This document shows positions 49,403 through 60,870 of a stretch of 64,000 bases of DNA, one piece after another. The stretch comes from Pseudogymnoascus verrucosus (Eukaryota): the NCBI GenBank assembly GCA_001662655.1, contig KV460241.1; one strand, written 5' to 3'. The position numbers and the translations under genes were made by a program. Under the pieces are notes generated by a model. The model was given only the letters and a program-made list of their open reading frames with translations. It made no database searches and was not told where the DNA came from. How positions within the stretch are numbered: the stretch's first letter is position 1; every line of letters begins with the position of its first letter.

Positions 49403-50760
49403 CTAAGAATTCATCTTCGGCTTCGCCTTACTGGCCTTACTAGCCTTCTTCTCCTCCTTCGCCTTCTTCCTCTTCTCCTCCGCCTTCTCCTCATTCTTCC
49501 TCTTCAAATTCTTAATCTCCGCCTCCGTCTTCGGAATCGGCTTAAAGAACCCCTCTAATCTCGCCTGCTGGCTCGACTTCAAATTCTTCTGCAACTTCGC
49601 AATTCCGCTCCTGACTCTCTCTTCCGAAAACGCGTTCTCGACGACGAGGAATTTAATGAGCCCTTCCACGTCGGGCTGCTCCCATTTGAAGTCGCACTCG
49701 GCGTGGTCGGCGGGACGGACGTCGGGGTTGAAGAAGAGCTCGCGTGCGTCGGCGTAGGGCCAGTCTTCGGGGATGGTGTATTTGTTCTTACCCTCGTTGT
49801 TTATCCACTCGACGACCTTCTCGAGGGAGCCGTGTTCGCGGATCATTTTGAGGGCGGTGTTGGGGCCGACCTTGGGGATGGGATCGAGGTAGTCACAGCC
49901 TAGGAGGATGCAGAGATCGACGAACTGGACGACGGGTCAGTATTCGAGGAGCTAAAAGGAGCTAGAGGTAAAAAGAGACAGTAGTACCTGTTTGCGGTCC
50001 ATGCCTAGACCTTCGAGGACCTTGTCGACGTGGATTTCTTGGATAGGTTCCTTCCGCGCCTCACTGAAAGTGAGATGGCGAATAAGAATCGGCGAGTCAA
50101 AGCACAACGTATCCATATCCTCACTAGCAGCAGCATACACCTTCCCCGCCCTCGCCAGCACCGCACACTGCGCCTCCGCCTCAGTCGGTGCAATGATATA
50201 CGGAATCCCCATCAACTTAAGGAGCTGTTGGCACTCCGCATTATGCTGTCTCGACACCCTAACCGTGCGTCTAGAGAACTTCTCCACATCCTCAGCTGTT
50301 CCCGTTTCCTTCGCTTCTTCGAGTCCCTCTGTCGCTTCTGCCTTGCGAGCGAATCGTTTGGCGAGTTCGCCGGACTTGAGTTTTGGTGGCGCGCCGTCGA
50401 AGACATAGACGGGTTTTATTCCGTTGTCGACGATGCGGAGGGTGCGGTAGAACATGCCTAGGAGATGGGAGGTGGTTTCTCCGGACTCGTTCATTAGTTG
50501 TTCACCCCCTGAGCGGACGGCGATGAGGAAGGAGTAGATTGACATGGAGCTATAAGTCGGGGTATCAGATTACATTTAATCGACAAGAAGTAACATGGGT
50601 TGCCTACGCATCCTGTAGAATATTAGCTGGTGCAAGATGAGAGGGGTTGGAGAGGCCGTACAATTGCCACTTTCCGCCCAAATTGGTTTTTGATCTCGCC
50701 CTCCTTGATGGCCTGAGGGGCTTCATCGCGGATGATCGAGAAAAGCTGCTTAATACCCAT
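49403..50760 (-). CDS. FEN1: Flap endonuclease 1 (Rad27/FEN1); 4 exons including a 5-nt microexon
   Basis: Exons 50760-50662, 50612-50608, 50549-49988, 49924-49403. MGIKQL...[21 protein letters not shown]...[14 protein letters not shown]...YVFDGAPP...EAEAQCA...SEDMDTL...LLGCDY, with PIP box QARLEGFF. Confidence 0.97.
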
Positions 50761-50898
50761 GGTGACGTTGCCTCTAGGTATAGCAGGTCAAGTGTTTTTG
50801 CGCGGTAAATTTCAGCTCTAAGCTTGTCGGGTTTCGAGGTCTGGGAAGGCGTGTTTTTAGGTAGAGAAATTTATTTGACCTCGAGATTCTTTTGGATG

Positions 50899-50941
50899 CG
50901 CGACCCGCGTTAATGACGTTCAGACGCGATAGGTTACGCGA
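50899..50941. promoter_or_regulatory. Cluster of MCB-like (CGCG-core) elements in the FEN1/GCDH divergent promoter
   Basis: CGCGAC 50899, CGCGTT 50906, ACGCGA 50924 and ACGCGA 50936, all within 45 bp and 140-180 bp upstream of FEN1. Confidence 0.6.
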
Positions 50942-51374
50942 CGAACATTATCTGACGGCACCCCTGCTTAATTAGTTGTGCCTGAGGCATCAACTCAGGT
51001 TGAAGTGCGGGGGAGAGTTGGAGACGAGTGGACAATCCCCAAGGACCGTTTTATGCTCAAACTGATTTGGGGAGGGTTAACAACCCATGAATTAGGTACA
51101 CCATTATTGGTATATACATTTTATTAAATTCTATTACATTACATTTGACTGATAGAAAAATATAGGGTGAAGTTGAGTGATATCAACCTCTCCCGAGGTA
51201 CAAATTAGTGTTTCTTGCCGTAGTCGCTGCCGAGAGGCTTCTTTCCCCACGAACGACCGCCACTAGCATCAATAACCGCTGCTAGCCAGGAGTTCGGAAT
51301 CCAGGGTTATTTAAGTAAAAACAACTTACTTGTGCTGTTAATATATTTCGTATTACAACTCCTCAGCTTACAAG

Positions 51375-52769
51375 ATGTTCAAGCCCCTTGTCCGATTCTC
51401 TGGGAAGCAATTGGCGGCTGCTTCGCGGCCGTCAGTTAGAGCTTATGCTGCTGCGGGTGCTGCTCCAAAATACCAATGGACTGATCCACTAGGCTCCCAG
51501 AACCTCTTCACTGAGGAGGAATTGGCAGTTTCGGAGACGGCAGAGTCATATTGCCAGGAGCAATTGATGCCCAGGGTCCTTGGTAAGTGCTGTAGCTCCC
51601 CCGGAACCAAGCGTCCATGGCTAACTCCGTGACAGAGGCATACCGCAATGAGGACTTCGACAGGAACATTTTACAAGAGATGGGCGAGCTCGGCCTGCTT
51701 GGAGCCACGATCCAGGGCTACGACTGCGCCGGCGTGTCCAGCGTCGCGTCTGGACTTATCACAAGAGCTGTGGAGCGTGTGGATAGTGGATACAGGTCAG
51801 CGATGTCTGTCCAGTCGTCTCTGGTTATGGGACCTATATACGAACACGGGACACAAGAGCTGAAGGACAAATTCCTCCCAACGCTGGCGAAGGGAAAGTG
51901 GGTTGGTGCGTTTGGCTTGACTGAGCCAAACCATGGAAGTGATCCAGGATCGATGGAGACTGTCGCAAAGCCGCATCCAACGAAGAAGGGATACTATTCG
52001 CTGTCGGGATCGAAGACTTGGATTAGCAACTCGCCAATCGCTGACGTGTTCATTATATGGGCGAAGCTTCAAGAGACGGGCAAGATTAGAGGGTTCGTTG
52101 TTGAGAGATCGCAATGTCCAGTTGGTACTTTGGAGACGCCGGCAATTAAGAACAAGAACGGCCTAAGAGCATCGATAACAGGCATGATTCAACTCGATAA
52201 CTGCCCGGTGCCACAGGAAAATATGTTCCCTGAGGTCGAAGGGTTGAGAGGCCCGTTTTCTTGCCTGAACAGTGCGCGGTACGGAATATCATGGGGAGTG
52301 ATGGGAGCGTTGGAGGACTGCATCGACAGAGCAAGGACATACTCCCTCGAGAGGACACAGTTCAAGGGTAATCCCCTCGCCAAATACCAGCTCATCCAGA
52401 AGAAGCTCGCAGATGCTTCGACAGATGCTGCCTTTGGTATCCTGGCAAGTATCCAGGTTGGTAGGCTAAAGGACGAGGGCAAAGCGGCACCAGAGATGAT
52501 CAGTATGATCAAGAGGCAAAACTGCGACCGTGCTCTGGCAAATTCTAGGACTTTGCAAGAAATCTTCGGTGGCAATGCCGCCAGCGATGAGTACCATATT
52601 GGGAGGCACGTGGCCAACCTCTTTGTGACTCAAACGTATGAAGGGCAAAGCGACATCCACGGTAAGCTGACAAATCCGATCGATTATATATTCCGTGAAG
52701 ATTTTACTGACAATCGCCACAGCCCTCATCCTCGGAAGAGCCATCACAGGTGTTCAAGCATTTGCATAG
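51375..52769 (+). CDS. GCDH: Mitochondrial glutaryl-CoA dehydrogenase; 3 exons
   Basis: Exons 51375-51582, 51636-52661, 52723-52769. Presequence, then [82 protein letters not shown]. Confidence 0.95.
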
Positions 52770-53512
52770 GAAAAATACATAGATAAACCCCAAAATAAAT
52801 TGATAATATCCCGATTTCCCATACTGTATGCTGCCAGCCTACGGCCATCCGAGGGGTTATTTCCCTCGTGACCAATATTACCGTATTCGGTTGCCGGCCA
52901 GACAATCAAAGGAACGTCATAGGTGAGATGTGGTGTGGCGGGGCTAGCGACTCGCAATCTTGAAGGATGTATCAATCTCTCACGGTGCGGGACATTTATG
53001 TACGATAAATAAATAAAAAAGGCACAGATTCGTAAGGCTGATGATACCTTTGCCGTGGATTGAATAATCACTTTAATAACTATGCAAGTGAATTTTTAAT
53101 AGTAGGCCGTAGATCCATGTAGAAAGTAAATCATTCGACGGCGACCTATAGGCGCCGATTGTTGGATCGGGCGGCGGGCGTGAGGCGAGCCTGGACGCTA
53201 AATCTGTTTTCTCTCTGTTGGCAGGCCCATTCTTCAACTCCAACAACATCACCGCAACTTCCCCTGATACCAACTCATCACATCTTGAGGTACTTCTTGT
53301 CACCTCAGAAATATTATCGTGAATCCTGCGATTCCCATAAATCCATAGGTACGCCTTGTCAGCCTGAGCTCAGCCTTACTTCATTGCCTCAGCTCCCCTC
53401 TCGCCTTTTCGACGCTAACCGCCGTAGCCTGAACCGTTTCCCGCTCACAGTCCTACTTTCTCGTCACCACGACACTGAACGAACACCCTCATAACCTCAC
53501 ACAACAGTCGTC

Positions 53513-54398
<886 letters not shown>

Positions 54399-56317
54399 AT
54401 GGCTGATGGGGGATATTCTCAACTCGCGTTTATGGATTAGCTGGCGCAACTGTTCCTGTCAACACATTCGGTCTGGTTATGCATGCCTCTAGGGCAAGGA
54501 GTGAGCAAGTTGTGGACTTCAACGGGGACGGGTCGCGGTGGGTGTTACGTTCAGTGGTGGGATCAGGGAGGCTAAATGATCTTGCGTCGGCAGACTTTAA
54601 TCTTCCAAATTCGCAATTAAAACATCGCTGAACTATATGGCCTGTTTGCAAGGGGATGTTTTTCCGAGGAGCGTAACATGCCTGGGAACTGTGAGGTGTG
54701 CAAATGGGATGGTGGTATGTCGTTGGAGGGAGATGGTAGTCATTCGGAGTTTAATATATTCGATATTATATCTCTTTTTCGTGATTCTTACTCGCTGTGA
54801 TCCCGTGGCCTGTACGGCTAGACCTTTAGTATGAAGCACCATACTCTGCGTAGTTTGAGATGTAGATAAAATAATGAAGCGAATAATAATAACTCCGACC
54901 TAAACCTACCATTTCCTATACACCTACCTATACGCCCTTCAATAGCGGCGGACCACTCCCGTTTAAACCATCGGTCAACTCCCAATATAGGATTAGATCA
55001 TGGTCAAGCTGGCGGAGCTCTGGCACCATTAATAGCACTTCCCCTATTGTAGACTCCATCGACTCTCCTTTACGCACCGGTCTAGATCGTTACCTGTGGG
55101 CCCATACCTCCGAGAAACACCAAGGCTACTCCCAAGAGACCGACGATTGTCTGGGCTACAAAGGGAGGTAAGGAACTGGATGAACTACCAACACCAAAAA
55201 GTGTTGCAGATAGGGTTGCGAAGGACGTTAACAGTCTGGGTTCCTGTCGGTGTTTAGGATCGTCAGCGGCTCACGGCGTGGCAAGGATAATAAGACTTGG
55301 CTTTGGGAGTAACCGCAAACCACAAATCGAATTGTTTCCAAACTCAAACCTCGACCTCGAGCATTGCAACAAGGGAAACCTGAGTCCTACTCATTTGTGT
55401 GGATGTCGGCGACCTAGGCGTTGCCTGTATCAAGATCGTGTCACACCCATGTCACGAAACCACACCTCAAACAAAACCCCGAGCCGCCATGCAACCCTCC
55501 CCTCGCTTGACCCTCAGCCGACCAATCGAAACCTCCCCGCCCTCCGCTTGAGCTTCGGCGAATTGTTGCACAGACGTAGCCAAGTGCCTGAGAGTCTCCT
55601 CGCCGACGAAAAATGGGCTGATTCGAGTGAGAGAATGCCCAAGCCTGTGTCCCACCGCGGACTGAGAGCTCGCAATAGTGGACCTGTCATTGCCGTCAGT
55701 CCTGTCAATGTGCCAGCGGCTTGCTGGAGATGGTCGCGCTGGGCTCACAGCTTCCCTGGCACCCGCTGGGATGTGACCCTGAAGCGGCCGTCTGGGCCAT
55801 GGGAGCGAGGCACTGATGTTTCGACCATGGGAGTCGGCAGTGGCGCCGGTGCCTTTGCCCTAATCTTGAGACGAGAATGGTTGGGGGTTACTACTTCTCG
55901 TACGAGTCTTTCTTAGAGGTAGGTCTGTTTTAACTTCGTGGGCGCATAAAGTGTTACATTCTTTCTTTGCTCATTCAGTTCACTGTTTGCGTGCCTCTTT
56001 TCTATTCTTCGGCCTTGCCTGTAATCATTATATACAGTGGCGCCTACAGGTATGTAACCCTACTATCTCCGCTGACCCCCTTCTTTTGCAGAGCGCTGAC
56101 AGATGTTGTGAGCAGGCTTCGTCTTTCATTTCTTCATAGGCTGGCCCCTACTTTGACAACTTAAACCAAGCTCTCAGCTGGCTCTGACGACATTTTGTAT
56201 ATACTATAAATCTAATACGGCATCTGCATCTCGAGTTTCGATACTTTAGGAAGAGAGGGATACAGACGATCGGATAATTTAGGAGGATATCGAGCGAAGG
56301 CTCCAACACAGGAAGCG

Positions 56318-58175
56318 ATGTCTCGAAACCCTTATGCTTTGGAGGAGGATAGGCCTTCCGAGAGATCGCGATGGCCGCCATTGACGAGGATGTTAATGTC
56401 TGGAGAGATGAATGCCGAGGCGAAGAGGGAATACAACTGGAAAGAACAATATAACAAGTGGATGGTCAACGAAGGATACAGGCGATTGTATGTGTGCACT
56501 TCCTAGTTCCCCGATAAACGCTAATATCATTATAGTTTTGTGTTCGTCTTTGCAGCCATCCACGCAATGGTCTTCGCCTTCGGGTTGATGAATTACGCGT
56601 TAAAGGACAATTTACAAAAGGGGAGAGATACCTTTGGATTCACATTCGCAATTGCCAGAGCAGCAGCCCTAGTACTACATTTCGACATCGCTGTGATATT
56701 GTTTCCCGTCTGCAGGACGCTCATCTCGCTGGCACGCAAAACGCCCCTAAACGGCATTATACAGTTCGACAAGAATATCACCTTCCACAAGATGACTGCC
56801 TGGTCGATCGTCTTCTTCTCATGGGTGCACACAATAGCACATTGGAACAACTTCGCCCAGATCGCAGCAAAGAACAACCTCGGATTCGTTGGGTTCCTGT
56901 TAGCCAACTTCGCGACTGGCCCAGGTTGGTCCGGATATGTCATGCTGATCGCCCTAATGGCCATGGCCATCACATCGATGGAGAAGTACCGCAGGGCGAA
57001 TTTCGAGCGTTTCTGGTATACGCACCATCTCTTTGTCATCTTCTTCCTCTTCTGGTCCATCCACGGCGCGTTCTGCATGATTCAACCCGACTTCGCGCCA
57101 TTCTGTGTGTCCATCGGTTCCTCTGCCATTGGCGTCTTCTGGCAATACTGGATGTACGGCGGATACATCTATCTTGCCGAGCGCATCGCTCGCGAGATTC
57201 GTGGGAAACACAAGACCTACATCTCCAAGGTCGTTCAGCACCCTAGCAACGTCTGCGAGATCCAGATCAAGAAAGAGCACACGAAGACCCAGGCAGGACA
57301 ATACATCTTCTTCTGCTGCCCTGAGGTGAGCCTGTGGCAATACCATCCCTTCACCCTCACCAGCGCACCCGAAGAGGACTACATCTCCATCCACATCCGC
57401 ATGGTCGGCGACTTCACCAAAGCCGTTGGCAAAGCCCTGGGCTGCGAAGTTGACCGCCCCCGCGGTGGAGCAGGAGCCAAGAAAGACGCCTCCCAAGTCG
57501 TAGGCGTCAACAAAAGCAGCCCCGACGCCAACTCCGTCGACCCCGCCCTCCGCCGCGTCCTACCCCGCGTCTACATCGACGGCCCCTTCGGCAGCGCCTC
57601 AGAAGACGTCTTCAAATACGAGACAGCCGTGCTCGTCGGCGCTGGTATCGGCGTCACACCCTTCGCGTCAATCCTCAAGAGTATCTGGTACCGCATGAAC
57701 TACCCGCAGAAGAAGACACGGCTGCGGAAAGTCTACTTCTTCTGGGTGTGCAGAGACTTTGGGAGTTTCGAGTGGTTTAGAAGCTTGTTGCTTGCCATTG
57801 AGGCGCAGGATATGGATAATCATATCGAGATCCATACGTATCTTACGGCCAAGATCCAGGCGGATGATGCGACGAATATCATGATCAATGATGCGAATGC
57901 GGATCGTGATGCTATTACGGGGTTGAGGGCGCCGACGAACTTTGGGAGACCGAATTGGGGGGCCGTGTTTAGGAGTATTAGGAAGATTCACAGTCCTGGC
58001 GCGAGGTATGTTCACATTATCCCTATAGTATTCCATTCCAAGATTATTATGCTAACATTTATACAGTGGTGTCTTCTTCTGCGGTCCAAAGGGTCTGGGA
58101 TCCTCGCTGCACGTCAAGTGTAACGAGTACTCTGACCCGGATTGGTCGTACGTATGGGGCAAGGAGAATTTCTAG
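56318..58175 (+). CDS. noxB: NADPH oxidase NoxB/Nox2 (gp91phox homologue); 3 coding exons
   Basis: Exons 56318-56487, 56536-58005, 58067-58175. NoxB-type N-terminal extension (SERSRWPPLTRMLMSGEM...WMVNEGYRR), heme His pairs (FHKM...HTIAH, YTHHLF...IHG), FAD motif HPFTLTS, NADPH motif GAGIGVTPF, C-terminal FCGP...GKENF. A probable 5'-UTR intron lies at 56050-56091. Confidence 0.93.
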
Positions 58176-58717
58176 ATGTTCATATTCATCATCATTTATC
58201 ATTCTGTAACCTGCTTGGACATGTATCTTTTTCTTGTCCGGCCTTGAATTTGGGGGAGCGCTGCTGCTGTGCTACGAGATGAGCGATAGAATAGATACCA
58301 CCAGGAAGAGAAATATAAACCTCTTTTCAAGACAGTCGTGGTTCCGTGGATGTTGGGGACTTGATATGTGGTGGTGCTACGCAGCGGATAGCTGCAAGCT
58401 CTCACTTACCCCCACCACAGCCAAATCCGAGAACGACATATATGAATCACAAAATACGAAGAACATGATAACATTAATAGCAAATATCTTTCCGCCCCCA
58501 TCAATCACATATATCACTCATCACGTGTTTAACTTCAACCTTGGTGGTTGCGAGACATCCTTACCTCATTCTTGGCAGCTTACCTATCGCAGCTACAACT
58601 GCGTCATTTACCCGTGCCCCTCATACGACAAAAATCCAAGAAGGCCCTCTCCATCCCAACTCACCTCAACTACAATTGCACTCCCAATTATCAGATCAGA
58701 CCCCCAAATCCGCCATC

Positions 58718-59955
58718 ATGAAAGTCGCCTTCTTCAGTACCAAACACGTAAGCCACCCCATTCCCACTCCAATTCTCACAACTAAGGCTGTCTGTATGCG
58801 AGGGTTCTCATTGCTAACATAACCCCTAATAGTATGACGAAGAAGCATTCAACAAAGTCAATGCAAGCCTCGGGTCCCCACTGGATATAACATATCTTCA
58901 GCCCTCACTGAGCATCAAAACCGTTGCGCTGGCGAAGGGGCATAAAGCCGTTTCGTTGTTCGTGAACGACACTGCTGATGCTGAGGTTAGTTTCTCGCGC
59001 CACACTGGAGGGGCGGAAAGGGGGGGTTGAGATGTTAATTGTGAGTTGTAGGTTTTGAAAGCTTTAGCAGAGTTGGGGGTTGAGATTATTGCCTTGCGTG
59101 TAAGCTTCCCCTCCCATCTTTTTATCCAACGTCAGATATCAGATGCCCCAAAGTTATCATTCTAACCCCCCCTAGTGCGCCGGAACCGACAATGTCGACC
59201 TCCCCACTGCCGCCACTCTCTCCCTCACCACCGTCCACGTCCCCTCCTACTCCCCCCACGCCGTCGCCGAATTCGCCGTCGGCCTCCTCCTCACTTTGGT
59301 CCGCAAATACCACAAATCCTTCAACCGCACGCGCGAAGGTAATTTCTCCCTCTCCGGCCTCGTGGGGTTCAACTTGAACGGCAAGACGGTTGGGATTATA
59401 GGCACCGGGCAGATTGGGATGTTGGTGGGGAAGATTCTGAGTAAGGGGTTTGGATGCAGGGTGTTGGCTTATGATTTGTATCCGAATCAGGAGAAGGCCA
59501 AGGAGTACGGGGTTGAATATAAATCCCGTGACGAGGTTCTCAAGGAGGCGGACATCCTCACTCTCCACTGCCCGCTCACACCCTCTTCCCACCACTTACT
59601 GAACAAAGAAACCCTCGCCCTCACCAAGCGCGGCATCGTCATAATCAACACCTCCCGCGGCGGACTAATCGACACCAGATCCCTGATCCGCTCTTTGAAA
59701 TCCGGCCACATCGGCGCTCTCGGCCTCGACGTGTACGAAGGCGAGAAAGAGTATTTCTTCAAAGACGGCAGCGGGGGAGTCATCCAAGATGACGATTTGA
59801 CAAGGTTGATGAGCTTTTATAATGTGGTTATTAGTGGACATCAGGCGTTCTTGAGTAGGGAGGCGCTGGAGGCGATTGCGGAGACGAGTGTGGGGGATGT
59901 GGTGAAGGTGGGGAGGGGGGAGGTGGTGGAGAGGAAGGTGCAGGTTAAGAAGTAG
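58718..59955 (+). CDS. NAD-dependent D-lactate dehydrogenase (LdhA-like D-2-hydroxyacid dehydrogenase); 4 exons
   Basis: Exons 58718-58747, 58833-58985, 59052-59099, 59176-59955: MKVAFFSTKHYDE...SLFVND...IALRCAGTDNVDL...VPSYSPHAVAEF...RTREGNFSLSGLVGF...GIIGTGQIG...LHCPLT...INTSRGGLID...LDVYEGE...SGHQAFLSREAL. Confidence 0.92.
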
Positions 59956-60770
59956 GTGGGAGGAGGGGGGTAAGGGGGGGAGGGGGAGGCGGTGGGCTAG
60001 ATCTGCGTGAGTGGCGGGGAAGGGGGAGGTGGGAGGAGCTGGCGGGGTTTGGATATAGCTGCAGCTGGGAGGTTGGTTAGAGAGCTAGGAAGGAGAGAGG
60101 AGTAGGCGGGGGTTGGGTTGGGATATACCTGCAGCTGGGAGGTTCCGCCCTCGATCTAGAGTCTCGAGCTATCTAGATAATCCCAACTCAAGAGATATGA
60201 GCACAGATACTCTCTACCCCATATCATATCCACAACTCCATCCCGTATCCACGGCTGGGTTATCGCCAAGTCATCCATTCCATCCTGGAACTTCCCATCA
60301 TCGTTATCGCCAAGCTGTTCCATACCGGGTGTTCTTGGGTCCGTTTCCAGCTCTATGCGTTGGATCTGAGGGTATTCCCACTTCCCAATCCACTCCCTCA
60401 TCACCACCCTACCTACCCCGCCAGCTTCTACCCCTCCTTCCTTACCTCAGCCTCCACCCCACTCCGAGGCATTGGGCCCCCTCACATCACACACAACAGC
60501 ACAAGACCCCGCATAGACCACCCACCCACCACCACCCGCCTCCATCGGCGCGCCCGACACTAGACGGGCAGCCACGGTGCTAGTAGAGTAGAGTAGACTA
60601 AAAGTGCAGTAGAGTCGATCATCTGCGCTAGGGGTAGTGTACTGGTATCGTGCAGGAGTAGTATGCGGCGTGGGAACGTGGCTTTGTGTAGTGCGTGCTC
60701 GGCAGATGTTGGGGTGCGTGGGGGATGGGGATACAGCTGGGAACAGGAGGGGGGAGGGTGGTTTCATTGG

Positions 60771-60870
60771 GATGGAGGTGGTGCGTATACTTGTTTAGTG
60801 CAAGACGATGGAGGTGCGTAGACTGGTTTAGTGCAAGAGGATGGCGCTGCATAGACTGGTTTAGTGCAAG
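60771..60870. repeat. Tandem repeat, 3 copies of a ~33-bp unit (GATGGAGGTGCGTAGACTGGTTTAGTGCAAGAG)
   Basis: Three consecutive near-identical units, each ending in TTTAGTGCAAG. Confidence 0.9.

Noticed and set aside
55086..55916. Long stop-free plus frame upstream of noxB
   Set aside because: No coding-like composition or homology recognisable; likely promoter sequence.
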